Source: Patescibacteria group bacterium (lineage in GTDB: Bacteria > Patescibacteriota > Minisyncoccia > Phycocordibacterales > PALSA-1337). From it: 64,000 nucleotides of DNA. The position numbers were made by a program, and so were the translations under genes. The stretch is taken from assembly GCA_038065415.1 (NCBI GenBank), contig JBBTRA010000007.1:34615-98614 (forward strand), written 5' to 3'. The stretch's first letter is position 1; each line of letters opens with the position of its first letter. Positions 9,030 to 19,810 of the stretch are shown here, in pieces. Under the pieces are notes generated by a model. That model saw only the letters and a list, made by a program, of their open reading frames with translations. It was not told the DNA's origin and made no database searches.

Positions 9030-10466
9030 TTAGCGCGCCGGAGTAGCAGCTTCTACATGGACATGACCATTCCCACGATGATTCCCTGTTTCACTGGCCG
9101 TCACCAGAGCTTGGCCCAGGCGACCTAAGAGGTCATTATTCTTGGGCTGATGCTCTTCCGCACCGTCACTAAAGAGGGCGCGTTCGCGTTTGAGAGCACC
9201 TGCCGCGTAGGTCAGATCATCGGCCGTGATGAGAACCGGCGTCTTCCCCGAAGAGACCACCGCCAATTTGGCACGTTCGACGACTTCGCGGATTTCCGCC
9301 GGAATCGAGCCGTCCAACTGCTTTCCGGCCTCACTCAAGTCCTGATCCTCAACAAGGAGAACGCCTGCATAATGCTTCAAGAGCCGTTCGGCCGTTGCAG
9401 CATCGGGCGGCAGCATGTTGATCGCAGTATCGATCCGACCTGGGCGACGCATGGCGGCATTGATCTGTCCCGGATGATTAGTGGTGAAGATCACCATCAC
9501 TTCGCTGTCCTTGTTGGTGATACCATCAAGTGAGTTGAGGATGGTGTTGACGTCGTTGGTCCGGCTTTGTCCGGTAACCCGGTCAATGTCTTCGACAAAC
9601 AACACACACGGTTCATACTGCCGCGCCACCTGAAGCGCCTGAGGCAATTCAGCGGACTTGGGCAGATAGATGAACGTCCATCCCTTTTGAGTACAGATCT
9701 GGGCGATTTGCGTAGCTGTCAAGGTCTTACCCGTACCGTACTGGCCCGCGATGAGAACTCCGCGACGAATCGGCGTACCAATAGCGCGCACCGCCGCCGT
9801 GTTCCGGATCGGACCCAGGATACAGGTATCAATATCACGCTGAATCTCAGGGCGAACGATCACGGTCACCGGGTCCGCCGGTAATTCGAGGAACTTGACC
9901 TCGGGCATCTTGCGCACCGCTCCGGTCGCATCGGTCAATTCAATACCGAATGCCTTGCCGCGATACGGACTTTCGTCCGCTGCCAATTTCTCAATCCGCT
10001 CAATCAGCGCACTGATCGTGTGTTCGTTTTTCCCCTGAACATGCGCATGCAAACGGAAGATCAACCGCCCATCGTCTTGGTCCGTCCCGGTCTCAACGTA
10101 GCCACCCATTGGTAGATCGTACCGGCCCCAACGGACTTTCATCGTCTTACCCACACCGACGGCGACAGAGATGTCAGAGCCAGCATTTTCGGTTTCAACA
10201 GTGAAGCCAAACATTGCCCGAAGCGCTTTTGCGAGCGCAATCGCCCCTTCGTGAGGCGAGACATGAATGCTGTGCTGGATGCATCGCTCCTGTTCTTCTT
10301 CGTCCTGTTTCCGACCAAGAACACGAATAGCGTTCTCCAGAGTCATCTTGGCAGGAAGTACGATGGCATCCCCCTCGCGCCTCACGTTCACTTCTGGTTT
10401 ACCGCGACGATTATTGTCGCCGTACGCTGCATCATGAGCACCATACTGCAATGGTCTATTTTTCAT
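9030..10466 (-). CDS. classic-clade AAA+ ATPase with a roughly 230-aa N-terminal domain of unknown function
   Basis: Walker A GQYGTGKT, Walker B CVLFVEDID, and second region of homology TTNHPGQINAAMRRPGRID. It is markedly GC-rich compared with its neighbours. Confidence 0.8.
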   Translation of the reverse strand: MKNRPLQYGAHDAAYGDNNRRGKPEVNVRREGDAIVLPAKMTLENAIRVLGRKQDEEEQERCIQHSIHVSPHEGAIALAKALRAMFGFTVETENAGSDISVAVGVGKTMKVRWGRYDLPMGGYVETGTDQDDGRLIFRLHAHVQGKNEHTISALIERIEKLAADESPYRGKAFGIELTDATGAVRKMPEVKFLELPADPVTVIVRPEIQRDIDTCILGPIRNTAAVRAIGTPIRRGVLIAGQYGTGKTLTATQIAQICTQKGWTFIYLPKSAELPQALQVARQYEPCVLFVEDIDRVTGQSRTNDVNTILNSLDGITNKDSEVMVIFTTNHPGQINAAMRRPGRIDTAINMLPPDAATAERLLKHYAGVLLVEDQDLSEAGKQLDGSIPAEIREVVERAKLAVVSSGKTPVLITADDLTYAAGALKRERALFSDGAEEHQPKNNDLLGRLGQALVTASETGNHRGNGHVHVEAATPAR

Positions 10467-10608
10467 CTATTAGTCCTTTGTTGTCTGTTTTTTGTTTGTT
10501 TTGGTTGCTATATGTGACGAACAACCCGAAATATTACTAACATAAACTCATAAATATGTCAATATTCTGAACTCCCGAGCAGGATTCAGTGTAAAAATCT
10601 ACATTCTG

Positions 10609-10680
10609 GGCGACTAGAGGGAATCGGACCCTCGACTTCGGCTCCACAAACCGAGGTTTTACCATTAAACTATAGTCGCC
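10609..10680 (-). tRNA. tRNA-His (anticodon GTG) with an encoded G-1; no CCA encoded
   Basis: Manual cloverleaf: acceptor GCGACTA/TAGTCGC with G-1:C73, a D-loop GG, and anticodon loop TTGTGGA. Confidence 0.8.
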
Positions 10681-10689
10681 ATATCGAAC

Positions 10690-11262
10690 CTACTCGTATG
10701 TAGGTGCAGACTCCTTTATACCAGATTTATGGTTGTTTAGTCGAGCGAGCGCGTAGAACAGCGATGAGAGCCTGTTCAAGAATGAAAGAGTTACGGAACC
10801 AACCTTCACTTCCCCACTCTCGACTCCAGCAATCACTCGGCGCTCTGCCTTGCGTGCCAGCGTCCTCGACACATCCATGAGCGCCGCTAATTCCGTTCCG
10901 CCGGATATGAAAAAAGTTTTTATAGGGGGCATCTCCTTTTCGGCCCAGTCGACTATGAACTCGATCCTGTCGACTTTGTCCTGGCCAATCTTTTTATCTG
11001 CACCCGCAACCTCCGCCTGTACGATGAAGAGACATTCTTGCACCCACTGAATAATTTCGGAGACTTTCTTCTGGGTACCAGCCGATATGTTGACCTCATA
11101 TCCAACATCTGCAGATCGTATCTTTACCAATCCATTAAACGAGTTGAGCTCATCCAATGCTCCGAGTGCCTCAGTCTGACATGAACTCTTGGATATGCGC
11201 TGGCCAGGCTTTGAGTCGAAAGCCTTGGTCGTGCCGCCATCGCCTTTACGAGTATAGAGCAT
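10690..11262 (-). CDS. ATP:cob(I)alamin adenosyltransferase, PduO/MMAB type
   Basis: N-terminal YTRKGDGGTT motif typical of PduO-type adenosyltransferases; 190 aa. Confidence 0.75.
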   Translation of the reverse strand: MLYTRKGDGGTTKAFDSKPGQRISKSSCQTEALGALDELNSFNGLVKIRSADVGYEVNISAGTQKKVSEIIQWVQECLFIVQAEVAGADKKIGQDKVDRIEFIVDWAEKEMPPIKTFFISGGTELAALMDVSRTLARKAERRVIAGVESGEVKVGSVTLSFLNRLSSLFYALARLNNHKSGIKESAPTYE

Positions 11263-11271
11263 GGGACGAGA

Positions 11272-12060
11272 TTATATTGCTTCCCCAATGAACACCAAAT
11301 TGTCCAAGAAAAATGTTTTGCCCACCGCCGCACCCTCGCTCAAAAGAGCAACTGCATCAATACCAGTATTTTGCGCATTTGAATACCCGGGTACATTTAT
11401 CGAAGAAACGAATACACCGTCACGATAGAAATTTAACTTGGTTCCGGCAATCGATATGAGATTGTAGTGCCACTTGTCATCAGCAAGCACCAATTTTCCA
11501 AGCTGAACAGTTGACGCGCCTTGCACATCGAGATATCCATTGTTACTCGGGTTATCAGTGCTGAATGTAAATCCACTTGCATCTCCATGTAGCTCGAGCA
11601 ATGTGATCGGAAAACCTGCCGATTTTGCCCAGAAACCTATGGAAAATTTTGTGAACGGCTTATCTGTTGCCCGGATACCCCCACTATCCCACGACAAGAA
11701 GGAGTACTGAATTGAGTTCAGTGCCATATTATAGCTACGACCCTCTCCTGTCGGAGTCTGGGTAGAAAGCACCGCACAATCGGATTCTGTTCCGCCTGGC
11801 GGAATCAGTGTAAGACCATTTGGACGAGAGGTATCAGGAATCTGCGGAAGCGTCCCTGTACAAGGGATATTTTCGAAATCATATCGAGCCAATATATTAT
11901 CGGCAAATGCAGTCTGTGTATGTTTCTCGAACCTCAGCCCCGCCGCGATTCTACTCTTATCTCTCGCCGCCTGAACCGAGACAAGAATGACGGATGAGAG
12001 GACCATCATGATAGACATGACCACCAATAGCTCAACCAAAGTAAAACCTCTCTTATTCAT
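11272..12060 (-). CDS. type IV pilin-like protein (prepilin N-terminus plus a lectin/LamG-like C-terminal domain)
   Basis: Class III signal peptide KRGFTLVELLVVMSIMMVL. The likely start is MNKRG. The C-terminal roughly 200 aa are beta-rich. Confidence 0.7.
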   Translation of the reverse strand: MNKRGFTLVELLVVMSIMMVLSSVILVSVQAARDKSRIAAGLRFEKHTQTAFADNILARYDFENIPCTGTLPQIPDTSRPNGLTLIPPGGTESDCAVLSTQTPTGEGRSYNMALNSIQYSFLSWDSGGIRATDKPFTKFSIGFWAKSAGFPITLLELHGDASGFTFSTDNPSNNGYLDVQGASTVQLGKLVLADDKWHYNLISIAGTKLNFYRDGVFVSSINVPGYSNAQNTGIDAVALLSEGAAVGKTFFLDNLVFIGEAI

Positions 12061-12134
12061 GGCTACCAGTATATCACGATGCGCACGACTGACCCTGTGC
12101 ACGAAAAAACCGGGCGTTACCCGGTTTTCATCTG

Positions 12135-12218
12135 TGCGCAGGAGAGGACTCGAACCTCCAAGCCCTAACGGGCGCTACCACCTCAAGGTAGTGCGTCTAC
12201 CAATTTCGCCACCTGCGC
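12135..12218 (-). tRNA. tRNA-Leu (anticodon GAG) with a long variable arm
   Basis: Manual fold: acceptor GCGCAGG/CCTGCGC, anticodon loop TTGAGGT, long variable arm, T-loop TTCGAGT. Confidence 0.8.
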
Positions 12219-12276
12219 GTGTGTGCACTATAGCAAAAATCCCGGTCTTTGCAATCGGGATTTTGTTTTGATGATA

Positions 12277-12717
12277 TTATGCTGTAACTTCTTCCTTCGG
12301 AGCCTCGACTGCCGCTTCCGGCTTTGCCAATTTGGTATCGGTATTTTGTCCTGGATCTTTCATAGAAAGTACACGCCTCATCTGCTTGCGAATCTCCTTT
12401 GCAGCCTTTTCCCTGATGAAGTACAACTTGGCGCGGCGAACCTTGGAGCGTCGGATGAGTTCGACTTCGTCGATCATCGGTGAATAAAGTGGAAAAATGC
12501 GCTCAACACCTATACCATCCACGACTTTGCGAACAGTAAATGTGGCTCCGGCCTCATTGCCGTGCTTACGAGCAAGAACAATCCCTTCGAAAGCTTGGAG
12601 GCGAAACTTGCCCTTGTCTTCCTGGATCTTCTGCCAGACGCGGACCTGATCTCCGGCGCGGACGTCGAGATTCTTGCGTTCGTCGATTTTTACTGAAGAA
12701 ATAACCTTGGTTGCCAT
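12277..12717 (-). CDS. rplS: 50S ribosomal protein L19 (with a C-terminal extension)
   Basis: [27 protein letters not shown]..., a canonical L19 core. Confidence 0.9.
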   Translation of the reverse strand: MATKVISSVKIDERKNLDVRAGDQVRVWQKIQEDKGKFRLQAFEGIVLARKHGNEAGATFTVRKVVDGIGVERIFPLYSPMIDEVELIRRSKVRRAKLYFIREKAAKEIRKQMRRVLSMKDPGQNTDTKLAKPEAAVEAPKEEVTA

Positions 12718-12783
12718 AGTGGGGATACCTTAACACACATTGATTTAAGATTCAACATTCGGCCTACTCTACACGATAGAACC

Positions 12784-13548
12784 TTATACCCGAGCACCTA
12801 GCAAAGCGCACGCTCCAACGAAATCTGGGGGCAAGGGAGCAGCAACTTTGACTCTCTTCCCTTCGAGCGTCTCAAACTCAACAGACTTCGCATGAAGTGC
12901 GGTGCGCCCAAAACCGAGCACCATGGGCTTCTTGGGAGCATAGAGTGTGTCACCTACGACCGGATGGTTCACTGCGGTGAAGTGCACACGAATCTGGTGA
13001 GTCCTTCCTGTCTTGGGCTCAACCTCAACAAGTGAAAATTTCTCCGGCTTATCTCCTCCTGTTTCGACCGCTTTCGTCGCTAGCCTCGTCCAATATGTCT
13101 CCGCATCCCTCAAATCTCCACGAGCACCGCGCTGAGCGGACCACTTGCGAAAATCAGAACTGCTCCTACCGATCGGGCGCGTGATGGTACCAAACTCCTC
13201 ATCAACTTCTCCCCATACAAATGCAAGATACTTCTTGAGAATCGTGCGGTCCTTGAATTGCTCCTTGAGGGATGCATGCGCTTCCTTTGTCTTTGCGACG
13301 ATGAGTGCACCTGAGGTCTCGCGGTCCAAACGATGCACGATACCAGGACGCAACAGAGGTTCACCCTCCGGAGTACGAGTATGCTCGCCCACATTGACTG
13401 CATCAGGATACTTCGAAATGACCCAATCAGTAAGAAAAGGACCTTTATCGCGACCATCAGGATGTACCATGAGGCCAGCCGGCTTGTTCACGACGACACA
13501 ATCAGCATCCTCGTAGAGGATGTCTATTTTTGGGAGTTCGTTGCTCAT
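12784..13548 (-). CDS. RluA-family pseudouridine synthase (RluD-like)
   Basis: Motifs VVNKPAGLMVHP and HRLDRETSGALIVAKT. Confidence 0.85.
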   Translation of the reverse strand: MSNELPKIDILYEDADCVVVNKPAGLMVHPDGRDKGPFLTDWVISKYPDAVNVGEHTRTPEGEPLLRPGIVHRLDRETSGALIVAKTKEAHASLKEQFKDRTILKKYLAFVWGEVDEEFGTITRPIGRSSSDFRKWSAQRGARGDLRDAETYWTRLATKAVETGGDKPEKFSLVEVEPKTGRTHQIRVHFTAVNHPVVGDTLYAPKKPMVLGFGRTALHAKSVEFETLEGKRVKVAAPLPPDFVGACALLGARV

Positions 13549-13614
13549 CTCATGAATATACGGTAATGTATGCTCTGGAGCAAGCCTGCAGTATATTTCG
13601 CAGGACCGAAATTC

Positions 13615-13687
13615 GCGCGATTAGCTCAGTTGGTAGAGCAGTCCCTTTACACGGGAAAGGTCGGGGGTTCAAGTCCCTCATCGCGCA
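13615..13687 (+). tRNA. tRNA-Val (anticodon TAC)
   Basis: Manual fold: acceptor GCGCGAT/ATCGCGC, D-loop AGTTGGTA, anticodon loop TTTACAC, T-loop TTCAAGT. Confidence 0.8.
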
Positions 13688-13741
13688 CTGATAGATACCA
13701 TGTACACAAAAAACCAGATGACCTGGCTTTTTGTGTACATG

Positions 13742-13814
13742 TCCCCCCGGTTGGAATCGAACCAACATCGACGGCTTAGAAGTCCGCAGTTCTATCCATT
13801 GAACTACAGGGGGT
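13742..13814 (-). tRNA. tRNA-Arg (anticodon TCT)
   Basis: Manual fold: acceptor CCCCCTG/CGGGGGG, anticodon loop CTTCTAA, T-arm GTTGG-TTCGATT-CCAAC. One non-Watson-Crick pair at the base of the anticodon stem. Confidence 0.7.
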
Positions 13815-13858
13815 TATGAGAAGAAAGTACCATATTTATACGCCCTTGAATACCTCAC

Positions 13859-14188
13859 CTACAGCGATGGGTCTCCCGGCATTCCACTTCCCTGCAAAAT
13901 ACCCGCGCGCCCTGCTGTACGATCGTTGAACTCCTTGAGTGCCCCAGACAATGCTCCTACATCAAATGCAGAAGGGTTTCCGGACGCATCATGCACGGTC
14001 GGCTCTGACAAACGACTCTGAACTCCTACATATGTTCGATACCCAAAAAATGCAGAAACACCGACAAGCACAACAACGACAACCAACATGATAAGCCAGT
14101 CAACATACGGATCATCACCGATACGACGGAAGAATGAATCTTGTCGTTGCCTCGATGATATTTTTCTATGGTTGAATATATGCATCAT
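13859..14188 (-). CDS. hypothetical small membrane protein, last gene of the pilM-N-O operon
   Basis: 109-aa ORF with one TM helix, located downstream of the pilO-like gene. Confidence 0.35.
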   Translation of the reverse strand: MMHIFNHRKISSRQRQDSFFRRIGDDPYVDWLIMLVVVVVLVGVSAFFGYRTYVGVQSRLSEPTVHDASGNPSAFDVGALSGALKEFNDRTAGRAGILQGSGMPGDPSL

Positions 14189-14194
14189 ATGTTT

Positions 14195-14761
14195 CTATTG
14201 TTTCGAACTCTTGAGCGACAACCCTTCGATCACAAAAGATGCCCTCCACTCCCTGCTACGACCTGCTTTTGGATCGAGCGCTCCCGATGTGTCGAGTCGA
14301 ACACGGCTCACAGTGACCGCATACGGTAGGGTCTCCGCGAGCTTGAGCGTTTTCATCACTGCACTCCACGAACCTCGCACATCAACATGGGCACGGATGC
14401 GTGAGATCGTTCCCGGTTCAGCTGCCTCAATATTGTCAGCCTCGATGGATGAAAGAGAGATAGAGCTGCCCGCACTCGTACCGAGCGCCTCCACCGTCTC
14501 GATGAAAGAGACCGTGGAATCATCTGGCACGAAGAAAGAAGCAGCCTTGACTCGATCTCCAGCAGTGGCCTCGTGCACAGAACTTAGATTATTCTCGCGG
14601 CTCAGCGAGAGGTCGTGCTCCGCAAGCTTTGATCGTCCAGCTATCACTCGCTCTATCGAAGCCGATATGCCGTAGTGCATATATGCATAGAGCGCAAAGA
14701 CAAAGAGCGTCACTGACGCGGCTACGATGAATAGAGCTGTGTGGCTGTGGTAATGCTTCAT
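14195..14761 (-). CDS. type IV pilus assembly protein, PilO-like (bitopic)
   Basis: N-terminal TM plus a periplasmic domain. Assigned from its position after pilM and the pilN-like gene. Confidence 0.45.
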   Translation of the reverse strand: MKHYHSHTALFIVAASVTLFVFALYAYMHYGISASIERVIAGRSKLAEHDLSLSRENNLSSVHEATAGDRVKAASFFVPDDSTVSFIETVEALGTSAGSSISLSSIEADNIEAAEPGTISRIRAHVDVRGSWSAVMKTLKLAETLPYAVTVSRVRLDTSGALDPKAGRSREWRASFVIEGLSLKSSKQ

Positions 14762-15297
14762 GGCAATGATCGGGTAAAGCGCAAAGAGAACGGTATATCC
14801 CTACTCTTTGCAAGCTCAGATATCGGCAATTCTACTTTATTACCTATACCAAGATTCTCGAGCCGCGTCTTCAAGGATACGAGAGACTCTCGTGTAGGAG
14901 CTATCCCTTGAATGATCATCGTGGCGCTGGTTGTAGAAAGTTCAGAGAGCATGACGGAAGTAATACTGACGGAGGCGCGCGCTGAAACAACATCCTGTAT
15001 CAACAAAGAAGGCTTTGTACCTGCCTGTGAAGACGTAAGCGCCCTCACGAGTTTTGAGTCACGCTCCAGATCGCGCGCGAATACCGCCGACTGACTACCA
15101 TCGGCATCCTCTAATGAGCGTCCGAGCATCGTCTGGCTTCGCTCTTCGGCAGAGACAAGTATATATGCAGGAAACAATGAACAGATCCCTACAACCCCAA
15201 CTACAGACATCAGGAAAAGAGCCACAATCGCCGCATGCAAACGGTATCCGCGCTTAAGAGTCTTCTGTTCTTGGATAGGAAGGAAACTGTGTCTCAT
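14758..15297 (-). CDS. type IV pilus assembly protein, PilN-like (bitopic)
   Basis: 179 aa with an N-terminal TM. Its start overlaps the pilM stop by 4 nt (translational coupling). Confidence 0.45.
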   Translation of the reverse strand: MRHSFLPIQEQKTLKRGYRLHAAIVALFLMSVVGVVGICSLFPAYILVSAEERSQTMLGRSLEDADGSQSAVFARDLERDSKLVRALTSSQAGTKPSLLIQDVVSARASVSITSVMLSELSTTSATMIIQGIAPTRESLVSLKTRLENLGIGNKVELPISELAKSRDIPFSLRFTRSLP

Positions 15298-16277
15298 GCT
15301 ATTGGTGATATGAGTGCCAAACCTGCCGCAATGACATACTCGAGAGATTCGGTCTTCGTTATCGGTGGGACATATGAATTCACATCAAAGGCATTGTGCC
15401 AAACATCAGGAAGCACCGTATGCGCAATAATATCTGATCCTTGATTGCGGATGATGGACTCACAGGCTTCCGCTCGCGAACCAACAACAACGATCTCCGA
15501 GATACGAGCGCGAGCATCGGTGCGAGTCATCCAGTATGCGTGAACCCTGCCGATTTCAGCCATCAAGGCATCCCCTGCACCAGCCACTGGAGCATCGCCC
15601 AAACTATCACTCCCCCATGCTATGGTCGAAGTGAAGCAAACGACACCCTCGGATACTATATAAAGGCCGCTCTTCTTCTTCATGATATGTACAATGAGAT
15701 GTGTCCCCTCAGAATGCGGTGGCTCGTAGGCTGTCACAATCGCTTTAGGAGCAACTTCAAAGGCAACTGTAGATACGCCCGCCTCTTTAAGCAGAGCGAC
15801 ATGGTGTTCGACATACGTGCGCGGCACCACTGACACGCTGGCACGCAACACATCCCCTGTTACTGCACGAGGCATGAGGTCAAATTGGAAGATTGCATCA
15901 GCTGCCGACAGTGGCACATTCTGATCGAGTTTGAATTCGATATTCTGGGCTATAGAGCGGAAATCCGCAGTCGGAACTTCTGTTTGGAACAAATACGCCT
16001 TCTCTTCCGGCAAGGAGACTTTTACATAGGAGAGGTTATTTTTGGAGACAAATTGTTTCAGCACATCGACGAAAGCCTTTTCATCTTTGATATCACCACC
16101 ATCGACAAGTCCTGGTGGAAGTTGTTGAGTAGCATGTTTCGATATCACCAAACCTTTTGAGGTCCGGCGATATTCTATACACCGGATAGCCTCATCCGAT
16201 ATATCGAGTCCCGCATGAGGCATGACGAGGAATGTCGGCGGTGGAAATAGCTTGAATAAGAACGAGCGTGTATCCAT
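15294..16277 (-). CDS. pilM: type IV pilus assembly protein PilM (actin-like ATPase fold)
   Basis: N-terminal AGLDISDEAIRCIEY, an FtsA/PilM-type sugar-kinase fold motif. 327 aa. Confidence 0.7.
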   Translation of the reverse strand: MDTRSFLFKLFPPPTFLVMPHAGLDISDEAIRCIEYRRTSKGLVISKHATQQLPPGLVDGGDIKDEKAFVDVLKQFVSKNNLSYVKVSLPEEKAYLFQTEVPTADFRSIAQNIEFKLDQNVPLSAADAIFQFDLMPRAVTGDVLRASVSVVPRTYVEHHVALLKEAGVSTVAFEVAPKAIVTAYEPPHSEGTHLIVHIMKKKSGLYIVSEGVVCFTSTIAWGSDSLGDAPVAGAGDALMAEIGRVHAYWMTRTDARARISEIVVVGSRAEACESIIRNQGSDIIAHTVLPDVWHNAFDVNSYVPPITKTESLEYVIAAGLALISPIA

Positions 16278-16297
16278 GCCCTAAGTATACCTTATAC

Positions 16298-16921
16298 CTA
16301 TTCTGCTTTCATCCTTTTGCGTGCCTCCTTGAATATCTCTTTCAATGCAGGAGCTGCTGAAGTGAGTACGATGACTATTACGACGGGTATAATATAGCGA
16401 TCAGGGTTCGGTATCAGTGCACCCAAGCCGTAACCGAGCCAGAGCATTCCCCAGGTCCATACGAAGGCTCCAATTATGTTGAATGTGATGAAGGTTCGGT
16501 AACGCATATTCCCCATCCCGGCGACGATTGGGGCAAATGTGCGGATGATGGGCATGAAGCGAGCCAGTATGATTGTTTTTTTGCCATGCTTCTCATAAAA
16601 ATTTTGGGCGCGAACGATGTGCTGTTTGTTGAACACGACAGAATCTTCTCGAGAAAAAAGTGCCGGGCCAACTTTCTTGCCAAAAGCATATCCAACACTA
16701 TCTCCAACAACGGCAGCCACAAAAGTTCCAACGAGGAGCAGGGGGAGAGATACATACCCTTGTGATGCAAGGAAGCCTGCCGTGAACAAGAGCGAATCTC
16801 CTGGCAGAAAAAATCCGAAGAATAATCCTGTTTCAACGAAAATAATAGCAATAACACCCAGTGCGCCAAGTGTCATGATCAAAGCTTTTGGTTCGAGAAG
16901 AGCGTGAAAAAATTCAATCAT
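16298..16921 (-). CDS. DedA-family membrane protein
   Basis: GFFLPGDSLLFTAGFLAS and RFMPIIRTFAPIVAGMG, the canonical DedA/SNARE-associated motifs. Confidence 0.8.
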   Translation of the reverse strand: MIEFFHALLEPKALIMTLGALGVIAIIFVETGLFFGFFLPGDSLLFTAGFLASQGYVSLPLLLVGTFVAAVVGDSVGYAFGKKVGPALFSREDSVVFNKQHIVRAQNFYEKHGKKTIILARFMPIIRTFAPIVAGMGNMRYRTFITFNIIGAFVWTWGMLWLGYGLGALIPNPDRYIIPVVIVIVLTSAAPALKEIFKEARKRMKAE

Positions 16922-16948
16922 GATATGTAGATGGTTACTGGATTTCTC

Positions 16949-17320
16949 TTACGCTGCTTTTGTTCCGGGGACTATTGAAGGATTTGGTTCGAGAAGAGAA
17001 AAGTTGCCCGAAGCATCCGATACCGCGAAGAGCATGCCGTTGCTCTCATACCCCTTGATCACCCTTGGTTCAAGATTGGTCACAAACATGCAGGTCTTCC
17101 CCACCAAGATAGCTGGATCAGGAAAATACGCCGAAATACCTGAGACTATCTGTCGGACTACTGGTTTCGTAACAGCGGTACCGTCCTCGAGAATAGTTTG
17201 TGATTGTTCAGCAAAATCAACCGCCAGTTTGAGGAGTTTATCCGTATCGGGAATCTTCTCTGCTGAGAGGATTTTTCCAGCACGGATCTCTACCTTTTTG
17301 AAATCGTCGTAATTGATCAT
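16949..17320 (-). CDS. tRNA-binding protein (CsaA/Myf-domain, OB fold)
   Basis: DFKKVEIRAGKILSAEKIPDTDKLLKLAVDF...GKTCMFVTNLEPRVIKGYESNGMLFA. The likely start is the internal MINYDD. Confidence 0.7.
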   Translation of the reverse strand: MINYDDFKKVEIRAGKILSAEKIPDTDKLLKLAVDFAEQSQTILEDGTAVTKPVVRQIVSGISAYFPDPAILVGKTCMFVTNLEPRVIKGYESNGMLFAVSDASGNFSLLEPNPSIVPGTKAA

Positions 17321-17351
17321 GAATTCAGTATACCAAAAATAATCACTTCCC

Positions 17352-17771
17352 CTACTCCACTTTGTCTCTATCCAGATAACTTTGCAATATGAGAGCGGCG
17401 GCACTTGCATCACTCATATCATTTTTGCCTTGAAACCGCTCTGCTTGCATACTTGTCATGAACTCAAGCTCCAGATACACAGTAAAGCCGAGCTTTTCGA
17501 GCTGACCTTTGAACTCCACCGACTCCTCGAATATCGGGTTCGGCTCCTGTTTGTAATTCCTAGATTCGCCCATCACAATCTCTTTCACCTCATGTTGGCG
17601 AGCAATCTCCTGAATTTCCTTTATAGCGAGATCACTCGTATGAACCACTGAAAGCGGCAGAGCGAACTTCCTTGCTTCATCAGAAACTGCGACACCGATC
17701 CTCTTTGACCCATAGTCAATACCGAGGATACGTCCGCGGATATGGTTGGTATGTCGTGATTCTATGTTCAT
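17352..17771 (-). CDS. ruvX: Holliday-junction resolvase-like protein YqgF/RuvX
   Basis: ILGIDYGSKRIGVAVSD, the RNase H-like YqgF motif. Confidence 0.85.
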   Translation of the reverse strand: MNIESRHTNHIRGRILGIDYGSKRIGVAVSDEARKFALPLSVVHTSDLAIKEIQEIARQHEVKEIVMGESRNYKQEPNPIFEESVEFKGQLEKLGFTVYLELEFMTSMQAERFQGKNDMSDASAAALILQSYLDRDKVE

Positions 17772-17778
17772 TTTTCTG

Positions 17779-17865
17779 CGGACGGGGTGAGATTCGAACT
17801 CACGGTACCCTTGCGAGTACGACAGTTTTCAAGACTGTTGCCTTAAACCACTCAGCCACCCGTCC
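17779..17865 (-). tRNA. tRNA-Ser (anticodon TGA) with a long variable arm
   Basis: Manual fold: acceptor GGACGGG/CCCGTCC, anticodon loop CTTGAAA, long variable arm, T-loop TTCGAATC. Confidence 0.8.
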
Positions 17866-17926
17866 AGTTCAGCCATGATGGCACAATCCCTGTGTTTTTT
17901 CAATTCCTTAGTGGTATAATTTAATT

Positions 17927-18391
17927 ATGGCAACAGCTCCCCTCATCTCCTGGAATGCCCCGGAGCATTTCTATGTCGAGAAGCGCCCCGACTGGTACTG
18001 GGCGGTAGGCATCATTACTCTAGCGATAGCAGTAGTCTGTTTTATTTTCGGCAACATCATACCAGGCCTGTTCGTACTGATAGGCGCGACAGCACTTGTA
18101 ATTCACTCATCTCGTCCACCCCGTACGATGCACTACGAGATCAACGACCGCGGCATCGTCGTGGACGACCTCCTCTACCCTTTCCTCACCCTCGAATCAT
18201 TCTGGATACCACATGATGAACTTCCTCCAAAAATGATCGTCAAATCTCGCAAGACCTTCATGCCATTCATCGTCATATACATAGACGAAGTCGACCCCGA
18301 AAAAGTTCGCGAAGTGATGCTCACTTACATCGCCGAGACTGAACACCGCGAACCATTCTTGAAGCACCTGCTCGAAAGGCTTGGGTTCTAA
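17927..18391 (+). CDS. hypothetical membrane protein
   Basis: 154-aa ORF with two TM helices followed by a soluble domain. Confidence 0.4.
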   Translation: MATAPLISWNAPEHFYVEKRPDWYWAVGIITLAIAVVCFIFGNIIPGLFVLIGATALVIHSSRPPRTMHYEINDRGIVVDDLLYPFLTLESFWIPHDELPPKMIVKSRKTFMPFIVIYIDEVDPEKVREVMLTYIAETEHREPFLKHLLERLGF

Positions 18392-18413
18392 AAGATCCCA
18401 GCAGCCTCTTTTC

Positions 18414-18448
18414 TTGTAGTTTGAACCTTGAATCTATATAATGCCCCT
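18414..18448 (+). promoter_or_regulatory. sigma70-like promoter upstream of eno (TTGTAG, 17-bp spacer, TATAAT)
   Basis: Sequence cTTGTAGtttgaaccttgaatctaTATAATgcc lies about 35 nt upstream of the eno start. Confidence 0.4.
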
Positions 18449-18469
18449 ATTCTATTATCCAAAATCTAA

Positions 18470-19768
<1,299 letters not shown>

Positions 19769-19810
19769 GCTATATCCTCAAATTTCATATCCTAGGGTAT
19801 ACTTAGTGGT

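Noticed and set aside
8335-9033. 232-aa plus-strand ORF spanning the membrane-protein gene and the AAA ATPase terminator
   Set aside because: It is antisense to two supported minus-strand genes and to a terminator hairpin. Its translation is Ser/Arg/Pro-rich with no domain.
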